Part shown: one piece after another, positions 47,350 through 56,495 of the stretch
How the letters are laid out: each line of letters begins with the position of its first letter
How positions within the stretch are numbered: the first letter of the stretch is position 1
DNA from: Patescibacteria group bacterium
GTDB lineage: Bacteria; Patescibacteriota; Patescibacteriia; JAXHNJ01
NCBI GenBank assembly: GCA_041649715.1
Contig: JBAZMP010000001.1
Coordinates: forward strand, 210,741 to 274,740
Direction: 5' to 3'
Length of the DNA stretch: 64,000 bases
Program-made: the position numbers and the translations under genes
The notes under the pieces: generated by a model
Databases searched by the model: none
The model's input: the letters and a program-made list of their open reading frames with translations, nothing else
What the model was told of the DNA's origin: nothing

Positions 47350-48792
47350 ATGGATTTTGCCAAGCTTACCCTAAAAAAAGCCCACGCGGCCCTTAAAACC
47401 AGGGAGTTCTCCAGCGAGGAGTTAACGCGTTATTTTTTAGATATTATCGGAAAGTCGGACCCGAAAATACACGCCTACATCAGTCTTAATCAGGAAGCGG
47501 CCTTAAAAGAGGCGAAAGAGGCGGATAAAAAGATCAGAAAAAGCGGGAAAATAAATGTCTTAACAGGGTTGCCTTGCGCGATCAAGGATAATATCATGGT
47601 CGAGGGTTTGAAAACGACGGCCGGCTCGAGAATACTGGAAAATTATGTCGCTCCCTATGACGCGACCGTGATAAAAAAACTGAAAGACAAGGAGGCGGTA
47701 ATTTTAGGCAAGACAAATTTAGATGAATTTGCCATGGGTTCGTCTTGTGAAAATTCCGCTTTTTTCCCGACTAGAAATCCTCTGGATAAGACTCTGGTGC
47801 CCGGCGGTTCTTCCGGCGGCTCGGCGGCGGCCGTGGCTTCCGGAATGGCCCTATATGCCCTGGGTTCTGATACCGGCGGTTCTGTCCGTCAGCCAGCCGC
47901 CTTCTGCGGCTTAGTGGGCTTAAAGCCCACTTACGGCCGCGTCAGCCGCTACGGCTTAATCGCCTTGACTTCCTCTACGGATGTCATCGGCACCCTGACT
48001 AGGACCGTAGAAGACGCCGCTCTTGTCTTAGAGACTATCGCCGGAGACGACGCCTGTGATGCCACGACAAAAAAGATAAAGGCAGAAAATTACTCGGCTT
48101 TTATCGGTAAAGATTTAGGCCAGTTAAAAATCGGCCTGCCAAAGGAATGTTTTTCCGCGTCCGCCAGCAAAAATATCAAACAGGCGATAGAAAAAGTGGT
48201 GAAAAAAATGGCGGGCCGAAACATTGAAATAGTGGAGATTTCTTTGCCGCACACGGAATACGCGGTGGCCGACTATTATATCATTACTCCCTGCGAAGCT
48301 TCTTCTAATCTGGCCCGCTACGACGGAATAAAATACGGTTTGGCGGAAAATAAAAGCGATGATCTGCTTGAGACATACCTTAACACAAGGGAGCGGGGAT
48401 TCGGGGCGGAGCCGAAAAGGAGAATTATGCTCGGAAATTTTTCTCTTTCCGCCGGTTATTATGAGGCTTATTACCTTAAAGCGTCGAAGGTCCGCCGCCT
48501 GATTGCCCAGGATTTTAGTGAGGCTTTCAGAAAAGTTGATTATATTTTGACTCCGACCGCCCCCACTTTGCCTTTTAAATTAGGGGAAAAATTAAGCCCG
48601 CTTGCGATGTATCTATCCGATATATATCTTGTTGCCCCAAGCTTGGCCGGTCTGCCCGCCATAAGCCTGCCTTTTTATAACGAGGATAAATTGCCGCATT
48701 CTTTACAGCTGATCGGCAATTATTTCACGGAAAGCGGACTTTTGACGGCTGCCAATTTTCTGGAAAAAGAAATTCTTGCGGTCCGTTTTTAA
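47350..48792 (+). CDS. gatA: Amidotransferase subunit A
   Basis: KTNLDEFAMGSS, GGSSGGSAA, SDTGGSVRQP, SSNLARYDG. Confidence 0.96.
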   Translation: MDFAKLTLKKAHAALKTREFSSEELTRYFLDIIGKSDPKIHAYISLNQEAALKEAKEADKKIRKSGKINVLTGLPCAIKDNIMVEGLKTTAGSRILENYVAPYDATVIKKLKDKEAVILGKTNLDEFAMGSSCENSAFFPTRNPLDKTLVPGGSSGGSAAAVASGMALYALGSDTGGSVRQPAAFCGLVGLKPTYGRVSRYGLIALTSSTDVIGTLTRTVEDAALVLETIAGDDACDATTKKIKAENYSAFIGKDLGQLKIGLPKECFSASASKNIKQAIEKVVKKMAGRNIEIVEISLPHTEYAVADYYIITPCEASSNLARYDGIKYGLAENKSDDLLETYLNTRERGFGAEPKRRIMLGNFSLSAGYYEAYYLKASKVRRLIAQDFSEAFRKVDYILTPTAPTLPFKLGEKLSPLAMYLSDIYLVAPSLAGLPAISLPFYNEDKLPHSLQLIGNYFTESGLLTAANFLEKEILAVRF

Positions 48793-48841
48793 TTATGATA
48801 TAATACAGGATGTTGAAATAATAAATATAACGGCATAAATT

Positions 48842-49222
48842 ATGGTTACGAAAAAAACGAAAGTTCTCATCATCGAAGACGAAAAAATGCTTTCCGAGAT
48901 GTACCGGACAAAATTTGAGATGGAGGGTTTTGAGGTGGCCCAGTCTTTTGACGGCAAGCAAGGATTGGATAAAGCCAGACAAATAAGCCCCGATATTATT
49001 TTGCTTGATATTATCTTGCCCAAGCTTGACGGTTTTCTCGTCCTTAAAGAGCTGAAACAGGATGCGCTCATGAAAAAAATACCGGTCTTGCTCTTAACTA
49101 ATCTCGGTCAGGATGATGATATCAAAAAAGGCAAGGCGCTGGGGGCCGACGGCTATTTTATAAAAGCGGATCACAGCCCGGCTGAGATCGTGGAAAAAGT
49201 AAGAGGGGAATTAAAAAAATAA
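48842..49222 (+). CDS. Single-domain response regulator
   Basis: IIEDE, PDIILLDIILP, LLTNLGQ, YFIK. Confidence 0.9.
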   Translation: MVTKKTKVLIIEDEKMLSEMYRTKFEMEGFEVAQSFDGKQGLDKARQISPDIILLDIILPKLDGFLVLKELKQDALMKKIPVLLLTNLGQDDDIKKGKALGADGYFIKADHSPAEIVEKVRGELKK

Positions 49223-49225
49223 ATC

Positions 49226-49816
49226 ATGAAGAATTTACTGGAAAAGACCGTAGTTTTGGTCAAGCCAGACGGCGTGAAAAGAGGCCTGGTAGGGGAGATT
49301 TTGTCCCGTTTTGAACGCGCCGGCTTGAAAATCATCGCTTTAAAAATGGTCTGGATCAGCCGGAATATGGCCGCCAGGCATTATCCCAATTCACGGACGG
49401 AACTGCTCCGCGGCATGGGGTCCAAGACCCTGGAGACCTATAAAAAATACGGTTTAGATGCCGGAGAATCCTTAGGCACCATGGATCCCCTGAAAATCGG
49501 AAAAATGGTCAATGGCTGGAACATGGATTTTTTGACCTCCGGGCCGGTCGTGGCCATCCTTCTTAAGGGTTTGCACGCCATTGATAATGTCCGGATGATG
49601 GCGGGAAACACCTTGCCGACTTTTGCGCAGCCAGGCACTATCCGCGGCGATTATTCCGTGGACTCGCCGGCTTTGGCCAATAACCGCAAGCGGGCGGTGC
49701 ATAATATCATTCATGCTTCCGGCAACCCCGATGAGGCAAAATACGAAGAGCAGCTCTGGTTCAAAAAGCATGATATCCAGGATTATAAGCGGGCCGAAGA
49801 AGACGTGATGTTCTAA
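49226..49816 (+). CDS. ndk: Nucleoside diphosphate kinase
   Basis: EKTVVLVKPDGVKRGL, SGPVV, PGTIRGD, NIIHAS. Confidence 0.95.
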   Translation: MKNLLEKTVVLVKPDGVKRGLVGEILSRFERAGLKIIALKMVWISRNMAARHYPNSRTELLRGMGSKTLETYKKYGLDAGESLGTMDPLKIGKMVNGWNMDFLTSGPVVAILLKGLHAIDNVRMMAGNTLPTFAQPGTIRGDYSVDSPALANNRKRAVHNIIHASGNPDEAKYEEQLWFKKHDIQDYKRAEEDVMF

Positions 49817-49828
49817 TGACACGTATTT

Positions 49829-49858
49829 AAAACCGCCGGTAAAGGCCGGCGATTTTTT
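49829..49858. terminator. Bidirectional terminator
   Basis: CGCCGG/CCGGCG stem with an A run upstream and a T run downstream, between convergent genes. Confidence 0.65.
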
Positions 49859-50189
49859 ATTTTTGAAAACAAGGACAGGGTTTATTTTTCAGCAAGCGCC
49901 TCTGGTTTTTTAGGCTAGTCAGATAATAATTTTGTCTGGCCCGGCCGCGGGCTAATTTTTTGCGCAGCGGCGATTGATGTCGATAGCCGCGTCTATTGAA
50001 TTCCCTGACTTGGTGTGTGTGTCTTGAATACAGCGCTTTTAATTTGCCCTGCCAGCGTAAAGTTTCCGGATGTTTTGAGTAGCCTTTTTTATGTTTCGTT
50101 AAGATACTCCAAATGGCATGAAGCTCCCGGTGTTCGCCCAAGAGGTGCAACCGGCAGAGGCTTTTGGGGTTAAGATCCCAGATGCGCAT
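49857..50189 (-). CDS. Pyrimidine-dimer DNA glycosylase (endonuclease V-like)
   Basis: MRIW...P..L...HLLGEHRELH, HPET.RW.G, E..RRGY.H. Confidence 0.85.
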   Translation of the reverse strand: MRIWDLNPKSLCRLHLLGEHRELHAIWSILTKHKKGYSKHPETLRWQGKLKALYSRHTHQVREFNRRGYRHQSPLRKKLARGRARQNYYLTSLKNQRRLLKNKPCPCFQK

Positions 50190-50303
50190 AAATTACCCAT
50201 AGTTTATTCATCAGTCTATGTCATTTAATTTTCTTACCCTATTTTCGCTGGAAAGCCATAATATTATTTCAGTTGAGGGAAAAAATTTAGCGGGTTTTTT
50301 TTA

Positions 50304-51509
50304 TTAATTCCGCCCCCAGATGGCGTCCAAAATCTTCATCCGCGTGATCATGAAAGCCGGAATAAGTCCGGCGGCGATCGCCACCCACATGATAGTTTCC
50401 ATCCGCACGATATAATCAGCCGGATTGACGACCAGGACGGCGTCGCCAATCGGCAAGACAAAAGGAAAACGCTGGAAATAGGGGACTAAAATCGCGAAGA
50501 AGATGAGGGAGCCGAGCAGAACGCCGGACACCGAATAAATTGAGGTTTGGATGATGTAGGTCACGCGGATGATATAGGGTTTTATGCCGATGGCCCGTAA
50601 GATGCCGATCTGGCGTTTTTTATTGGTAATATCGATGTAGATAACGATGAAGATGGTGATGGCGGCGATCAACGTACCGACGAAAGTCAGTAAAACGTTG
50701 ATGCTTAAAAAACTGCCAGTGACCGTATCCATCAGACCAGAGACATCCTCCCAGGTGACGAATGTTTCATCAACACCGGCCGCTTTTATGCTTTCTATGG
50801 CCTGCTCGCCGTCTCTTTTTGCTAGGCGGACGATAATGGCCGTCGCCTTGTCGTCGGCTTGAGGGTTTATTTCTTGCCAGGCTTTATCCGTGATAAAAGC
50901 CCTTTGATCGGTATCGATAAATTTCGTGTAGAAGATACCCTTAATCGTAAATTCTTTAGTTGTCTGGCCCAGGTTAAGTGTTACCCTATCTCCCACTCGG
51001 GCATTTTTAAAAGAAAAAGCGTCCATTTCTACGTCTTGGCCGCCGGCAATCTGGCGGCCGATGATTATTTTATCCGTGTCGTCCGAGTCCAAATATTCTC
51101 CGCTGGTCATTTTTTCTGAAACGTTAGTCACTGTTTTTTCGGCCGTTGGGTCGATGGCTAAAATCGGCCAGCTGCCTTTAATGCCGTTGTATTCTAGGTT
51201 GCCTGAAACATAGGTTTGGGCGCTGACACCGCTCACGTTCTCCAATTTTTTGATTTTTTCCGTCACCGCCGAAGCGTCGGAAATAAAATCGTGCCCGGTC
51301 AGCGGCGTGATCATGATGTGGCCGGTATAGGTATCGATGATCTGGTCTTCGGCGGCTTTTATTATGCCGTTAAAAAGAGAGGTGATAAAGACGAGATTTA
51401 TGAAAGCAATGGCCATTAAAAATATTATAAGAAAGAGGGTCCATTTATTGCCTCTTCTCAAATATTTCCACATCAGGAAAAAGGGTATTCTTGTTTCGTA
51501 AATGGTCAT
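50304..51509 (-). CDS. ABC transporter permease (FtsX/MacB/LolC-like)
   Basis: 1+3 TM topology with a large extracytoplasmic loop; QIGILRAIG. Confidence 0.9.
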   Translation of the reverse strand: MTIYETRIPFFLMWKYLRRGNKWTLFLIIFLMAIAFINLVFITSLFNGIIKAAEDQIIDTYTGHIMITPLTGHDFISDASAVTEKIKKLENVSGVSAQTYVSGNLEYNGIKGSWPILAIDPTAEKTVTNVSEKMTSGEYLDSDDTDKIIIGRQIAGGQDVEMDAFSFKNARVGDRVTLNLGQTTKEFTIKGIFYTKFIDTDQRAFITDKAWQEINPQADDKATAIIVRLAKRDGEQAIESIKAAGVDETFVTWEDVSGLMDTVTGSFLSINVLLTFVGTLIAAITIFIVIYIDITNKKRQIGILRAIGIKPYIIRVTYIIQTSIYSVSGVLLGSLIFFAILVPYFQRFPFVLPIGDAVLVVNPADYIVRMETIMWVAIAAGLIPAFMITRMKILDAIWGRN

Positions 51510-52177
51510 ATTATTTTGCCGTCTGCCAGTTTAATTAGACGATTCGCGTAAACTTCTTCTTCAGTTTCATGCGTGACCATAATAATGGTGTGTTTGTCGT
51601 GTTCATTCAGGTGTTTAAAAATTCCCAAAACTTCTTTTGCCGCCACGGTGTCCAGGTTGGCCGTTGGCTCATCGGCAAAAAGCACCTCCGGGTCGTTTAC
51701 GAGGGCCCGGGCGATCGCCACTTTTTGCTGTTCGCCGCCGGAAAGCTGGGAGGGGAGATTGTCAAATCTGTGCCCTAAGCCGACTTTATCCAGCAGCTCT
51801 TTGGCTCGGCCGCGGCATTCTTTGGAACTTTGAAGCATCATGGCGGGGATCATTACGTTTTCCAGAGCCGTTAATTCCGGGATCAGGGCATATTCCTGAA
51901 AAATATAGCCCAATTTATTTAAGCGCATGGCCCGCCTTTCCTTCGTGGACATCTTAGCAACCTCTTTGCCGCCAATATAAATTTCTCCCTCATTTGGTCG
52001 GTCGACCAAGGCGAGTTGCCGCAACAAAGTGGATTTTCCCGAGCCGTTGCGGCCGGTAATAATCAAAAAATCCCCTTCATTTATTTCCAAAGAGACGCCG
52101 CTTAAAGCCGGCACTCTGACTTCGCCTAATTTGTAGGTCTTGAAGAGATTTTTGACTTTTATAATGGGATCGCTCAT
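51506..52177 (-). CDS. ABC transporter ATP-binding protein (LolD/MacB-like)
   Basis: [24 protein letters not shown]; start placed at ATG 52177, just after a consensus promoter. Confidence 0.93.
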   Translation of the reverse strand: MSDPIIKVKNLFKTYKLGEVRVPALSGVSLEINEGDFLIITGRNGSGKSTLLRQLALVDRPNEGEIYIGGKEVAKMSTKERRAMRLNKLGYIFQEYALIPELTALENVMIPAMMLQSSKECRGRAKELLDKVGLGHRFDNLPSQLSGGEQQKVAIARALVNDPEVLFADEPTANLDTVAAKEVLGIFKHLNEHDKHTIIMVTHETEEEVYANRLIKLADGKII

Positions 52178-52189
52178 AGAATTTATTTT

Positions 52190-52218
52190 ATTATAAGGGA
52201 AATAAAGCTGATTGTCAA
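52190..52218 (-). promoter_or_regulatory. Consensus sigma70 promoter of the ABC operon
   Basis: TTGACA-17 nt-TATAAT. Confidence 0.8.
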
Positions 52219-52222
52219 AGCT

Positions 52223-52256
52223 AAAAAAAGCCATCCGATTTGACTCAGATGACTTT
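52223..52256 (-). terminator. Intrinsic terminator
   Basis: AGTCATCTGA-gtcaaa-TCGGATGGCT followed by a T run. Confidence 0.6.
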
Positions 52257-52276
52257 TGTTGACTGGTTAGGGTGTT

Positions 52277-52312
52277 TTAGGCACCGCAACCGCCGCACGG
52301 AGGTTTTTGCAT
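52277..52312 (-). CDS. Candidate 11-aa CxxC micropeptide MQKPPCGGCGA
   Basis: AAGGA RBS, own promoter and terminator; could instead be an sRNA. Confidence 0.35.
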   Translation of the reverse strand: MQKPPCGGCGA

Positions 52313-52353
52313 ATATTTGTCCTTGTTATTAATAAGTACTCTTTGGCTACTAC

Positions 52354-52382
52354 AATATATTCTTATCGGACTAATTTGTCAA
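52354..52382 (-). promoter_or_regulatory. Sigma70-type promoter of the short transcript
   Basis: TTGACA-17 nt-TATATT. Confidence 0.65.
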
Positions 52383-52385
52383 AAT

Positions 52386-52416
52386 AAAAAAACCGCTCCT
52401 TTTTTAGGGAGCGGTT
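52386..52416 (-). terminator. Intrinsic terminator
   Basis: AACCGCTCC/GGAGCGGTT stem with a T run on the minus strand. Confidence 0.7.
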
Positions 52417-52440
52417 CAAGGTTCGTGGTTCAAAGAAATT

Positions 52441-53076
52441 TCAGTCCCTCTTGGCGAAGGGACGCATGAATTTACCGCAATCCGGGTGTCCACACTCAAC
52501 GAGCATTTTCGCGCCCTCGTCGGTTTCCGCCCTGCTGATATGATTCGGTTCGAACCCGCAGAAATAGCACCCCTGCTTGTGGGTTACGGCGCGGACGAGC
52601 TTGGAGAAAACTATACCTTTGGATTTCTTCGGCTTGGCGGTTTTCTTTTGCGCCGGCTTCTTTTTTTCCGGCAGGGAAGGAAGGAGCGCTTCATCCGAAA
52701 GGATGCGTTCTGCTATTTCTTCCGCGGGTTCCGGTGTTTGGCTGGGCTGGTGCAGAGTGCCGCACAAGCGGCACTTGGCGACTGACATCATGCCTCTGTC
52801 CGCGGTAAGGATTCGGACGATCGGATTGTTGCCTTCCAAGCAGCGATAACAGGCTTGGGAGCTACTCACGGCTTTGGGAAGTTCCGCATAGACGACGTTC
52901 GGGATCGTCGTTTTCCGAACCACGGGTTTGGCCGGAACGAACAGGGCGCAGGCTTGAGCGCGAGTCAGGCAGTTACTCGTTCCCCAGGGAAAAAAAAGGT
53001 CGCCGACCAGATAGCCATAGCGCTTGCCGCCTTCCGCCGGCGGTTTTCCATTGTGGGTGATAACCCGAATGGACAT
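52441..53076 (-). CDS. Hypothetical protein with two Zn-ribbon-like CxxC pairs
   Basis: AAGGAGG RBS before ATG 53076; CYRC...CRLC and CYFC...CGHPDC separated by a Lys-rich linker. Confidence 0.7.
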   Translation of the reverse strand: MSIRVITHNGKPPAEGGKRYGYLVGDLFFPWGTSNCLTRAQACALFVPAKPVVRKTTIPNVVYAELPKAVSSSQACYRCLEGNNPIVRILTADRGMMSVAKCRLCGTLHQPSQTPEPAEEIAERILSDEALLPSLPEKKKPAQKKTAKPKKSKGIVFSKLVRAVTHKQGCYFCGFEPNHISRAETDEGAKMLVECGHPDCGKFMRPFAKRD

Positions 53077-53092
53077 CGTATTCCTCCTTTGG

Positions 53093-53410
53093 TTAGAGCT
53101 CTTTCTTTGACTCTCTTTTCCAGACAACCGCCAGATCGTCGCTGCCGTTCCTGACCAAAAGGCAGAATGGGCAGCCTTTTTTCCAGAGGCGTTCGATCGG
53201 ACCATCCAGAGCGTTGAAATCCCGTATTGTCTCGCCGGTCAGCCGGACGTCTATTTTATCCGGCTTGGCCACTTTCTCGGCGACAAAGACACTGTTGCCC
53301 GTTTCTCGGGTTACTCGGAGAAGAACACGATCCGTGCTGGCATAGGAGGAGCGGTCAGCCGCTATTTCCGACAGGTCAAAAGCCTTCCAGACGTTTTTGA
53401 GTATGGCCAT
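53093..53410 (-). CDS. Hypothetical protein (105 aa)
   Basis: G-rich RBS before ATG 53410; 16 nt upstream of the Zn-ribbon gene; contains CPFC. Confidence 0.6.
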   Translation of the reverse strand: MAILKNVWKAFDLSEIAADRSSYASTDRVLLRVTRETGNSVFVAEKVAKPDKIDVRLTGETIRDFNALDGPIERLWKKGCPFCLLVRNGSDDLAVVWKRESKKEL

Positions 53411-53577
53411 CAATTCCCCCCCCTCTCTCGTTACAGGTGAAAAGAGCAAAAAAAATTAACAAACCAACTATTTGTTAACATAACTTAACATATTAAATAA
53501 AAATGTCAAGGCTGAACAAGCGGAGATTGTTCTAAGTTATTGCTTTTTCAATATTAAAATGGTTATCGGATTTTCTT

Positions 53578-54006
53578 TTACGTTTTGATTTTCTTTGCTA
53601 TCTGGAGCAGTTTTTTATCCTGCGGCCAGCGGCATTTTTTTATCGCTTCCGAGGCCGTGAAAAAATGCGGGGAATATTTTCTGTCAAAAGACGTTTTGCT
53701 TTTCATTTTTTTCAAATCTTGGAGTCGGGCCAGAAAAACATGGACGGTTTTATAGGTTTTTACATTATTTCTTAAAAAGTTATATCTATATTGACCGATT
53801 TTCCGGATGATTTCTATATTCTTAAAACCGGTTTCTTCGCGTGCTTCCCGCCAAGCGGTTTGCCGGTAAGATTCGCTTTTGCGCGTGTGTCCATACGACT
53901 GGACGTAATGCTTATAATGGCCGTCATAGAGCAATAAAAACTTGCCGCGGTAGGTGATGACCAGGCCGGCGGTAATGACACGAATTCGATGAACACCGGA
54001 TTTCAT
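53578..54006 (-). CDS. NUDIX hydrolase
   Basis: Nudix box GHTRKSESYRQTAWREAREETG. Confidence 0.85.
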   Translation of the reverse strand: MKSGVHRIRVITAGLVITYRGKFLLLYDGHYKHYVQSYGHTRKSESYRQTAWREAREETGFKNIEIIRKIGQYRYNFLRNNVKTYKTVHVFLARLQDLKKMKSKTSFDRKYSPHFFTASEAIKKCRWPQDKKLLQIAKKIKT

Positions 54007-54068
54007 ATACAATTATAAGTCGCAATTTATAAATTTTGCGGACAAGCAGGCACCTCTAGTAATATTGA

Positions 54069-54241
54069 TTAAATACCCGGGTCGGGGTAGTGGGATTTGA
54101 ACCCACGACCTCATGCACCCCATGCATGCGCGCTAGCCAACTGCGCTATACCCCGCTAGAAATTCTTGGAATTTTTGGAGCCCCGTTATGAAAATGATTT
54201 CTAACGGGGATACCCCTTAAAGCCCCGACCCGGGTATTTAA
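54069..54241. repeat. Perfect 19-bp inverted repeat bracketing tRNA-Pro, enclosing a CCCCGTTA...TAACGGGG palindrome
   Basis: TTAAATACCCGGGTCGGGG (54069-54087) / CCCCGACCCGGGTATTTAA (54223-54241); inner palindrome 54181-54209. Confidence 0.75.
54082..54155 (-). tRNA. tRNA-Pro (GGG)
   Basis: CGGGGTA acceptor, CATGC-AT GGG GT-GCATG, GGTTCAAATCC. Confidence 0.95.
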
Positions 54242-54258
54242 AGTCTCAGACCGACGTT

Positions 54259-54432
54259 TTATTTCTGTTTGGCCGCCGTCTTGATGCAGGAGGTGCAGAC
54301 ACGGAGTTTTTTGCCGTTTTTTATCAAAGTCTGAAAATTTACTTTTTGTAATCTTTTTGAGGCTATGTTAGAATGACTGCGGGAATTGCTTTTTTTTGCG
54401 GTTCTGCCGCAGATTTCACAAGATTTCGCCAT
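54259..54432 (-). CDS. rpmB: 50S ribosomal protein L28, Zn-binding type (not in the ORF track)
   Basis: MAKSCEICGR...SRSHSNIASKR.QKVNFQ...RVCTSCIKT, 57 aa. Confidence 0.93.
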   Translation of the reverse strand: MAKSCEICGRTAKKSNSRSHSNIASKRLQKVNFQTLIKNGKKLRVCTSCIKTAAKQK

Positions 54433-54514
54433 AACGTTTTTTCTTTCCTAATTTTTAAATAAGTAATCTTTTACCAGCATAGCACTTCCCCGGATATTTT
54501 AAAAGGGTCATTCC

Positions 54515-55141
54515 ATGATTATAAACTATCTTTTTACCGAGCCGTTTTTTTTCCTGATCTGGTTGCTGGCCATTTTCGTCGGCATTACCATTCATGAATT
54601 TGCCCACGCCTTGGTCGCTAACTTGTCGGGCGATCCGACCGCCAAAAATATGGGCCGTCTTACCCTGAATCCTTTGGCGCATATCGATTTGATGGGTCTT
54701 TTATTATTGCTTTTGGCCGGTTTCGGCTACGGCAAACCGGTGCCGATTAATCCCTACAATTTCCGGAATCAGAAATGGGGGACGATCTTCGTTTCGGTCG
54801 CCGGCCCCTTGTCCAATCTTTTGCAAATTGCCGTTTTCGGCCTGGCCTTAAAATATTTGTCATTTTTGGGGCCGACCAATTTTTTGGTGAATTTCCTCTT
54901 TTCGCTGGTCTATGTGAATATTATTTTAATGGTTTTTAATATTCTGCCTATTCCTCCCCTGGATGGGTCAAAGATCTTCTTAAAGCTGCTGCCGGGCTCC
55001 TTGGACAGTTTTAAGCTTAAGTTGGAGCAATTTGGCCCCGTAATTCTGCTCTTGCTTATTATTTTTGACCGTTTATTTAACCTTAATATTTTTGCGACCA
55101 TCTTTACCTATATTTCCAGTCTGATTTTTAGCCTTTTTTGA
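54515..55141 (+). CDS. Site-2 protease (M50)
   Basis: HEFAH, GDPTAK.GRLTLNP, AGP, NILPIPPLDG. Confidence 0.93.
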   Translation: MIINYLFTEPFFFLIWLLAIFVGITIHEFAHALVANLSGDPTAKNMGRLTLNPLAHIDLMGLLLLLLAGFGYGKPVPINPYNFRNQKWGTIFVSVAGPLSNLLQIAVFGLALKYLSFLGPTNFLVNFLFSLVYVNIILMVFNILPIPPLDGSKIFLKLLPGSLDSFKLKLEQFGPVILLLLIIFDRLFNLNIFATIFTYISSLIFSLF

Positions 55142-55147
55142 ACGTAT

Positions 55148-55177
55148 TTGACAAGTAAAGCCCACCTCTGCTATATT
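55148..55177 (+). promoter_or_regulatory. Promoter of the str operon
   Basis: TTGACA-18 nt-TATATT with TGn extension. Confidence 0.55.
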
Positions 55178-55259
55178 TTAGCCAAGGAATCCTCGCTCGC
55201 TTATATGAGGTTTTTTTATTGAAATAATCGATAATTTCTGTTAAAATTAAAGCAATCAT

Positions 55260-55685
<426 letters not shown>

Positions 55686-55686
55686 T

Positions 55687-56157
55687 ATGAGAGGAAAAGG
55701 AGAATATAAAAGAAAAACAAGTCCGGACCCCAAATTTTTTAGCGGGACGCTGGCCAAGTTTATAAACCAGGTTATGCGTTGCGGAAAAAAATCGACCGCC
55801 CAGCGGGTTGTCTACGGTAGTTTTGAAATCATCAAGGAAAAAACCAAGAAAGACCCTCTGGAAATTTTTGACACTGCCTTAAAGAATATCATGCCGGTAG
55901 TGGAGGTAAAATCGCGCCGGATCGGCGGCGCCAATTACCAGATTCCCGTGGAAGTGCGAGGCGACCGGAGACTGGCCTTGGCCAGGCGCTGGCTAATCGG
56001 GGCGGCCAGAGAAAAGAAAGGCAAGCCCATGGCGGTGAAATTGGCCGATGAAGTGATCGCCGCGTCGCAAAAACAGGGAGCGGCCATCGCCAAGCGCGAG
56101 GATATGCACCGGATGGCGGAAGCCAACCGCGCTTTTGCTCATTTCGGTCGCAGTTAA
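55687..56157 (+). CDS. rpsG: 30S ribosomal protein S7
   Basis: GKKSTA, RRIGGANYQIP, MAEANRAFAH; true start ATG 55687. Confidence 0.97.
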   Translation: MRGKGEYKRKTSPDPKFFSGTLAKFINQVMRCGKKSTAQRVVYGSFEIIKEKTKKDPLEIFDTALKNIMPVVEVKSRRIGGANYQIPVEVRGDRRLALARRWLIGAAREKKGKPMAVKLADEVIAASQKQGAAIAKREDMHRMAEANRAFAHFGRS

Positions 56158-56184
56158 AAACCCGTCTCTTAACATATAAAATAT

Positions 56185-56430
56185 ATGGAAGAAGAAAAGA
56201 AACTAGAAAATCAAGAGTTTGCCCTAAAGGGCCTTTTGGAAGAATCTGAACGGTTAGTGGCCGCCTATAATGAGACACTGCAAGGAGGGAGGGATTTTCC
56301 TGAAGTGCAGGCGACAATCAAAGAAAATTTAGCCATGATTATCGGAGAGATCGAGAAGATCGATCCGGACAAAGTGCCGGTTGCGGCAAGGGACATTCTT
56401 GAGGGTCAGGAAACAAGTGCCAAGCCGTAA
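56185..56430 (+). CDS. Small acidic hypothetical protein
   Basis: 81-aa helical ORF filling the rpsG-fusA gap on the same strand. Confidence 0.6.
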   Translation: MEEEKKLENQEFALKGLLEESERLVAAYNETLQGGRDFPEVQATIKENLAMIIGEIEKIDPDKVPVAARDILEGQETSAKP

Positions 56431-56495
56431 ATAAGCGGAGAAGAAAGAGCGCCTCGCTTTCACTTATTTTAACCATAAATTATATATTTTTCATT

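Noticed and set aside
47058-48792. Missing gatB as a sign of an unusual amidotransferase
   Set aside because: gatB is often encoded apart from gatCA; this cannot be judged from one window
53077-53205. Longer start for the Zn-ribbon ORF
   Set aside because: It overlaps the upstream gene, and a strong AAGGAGG RBS supports ATG 53076
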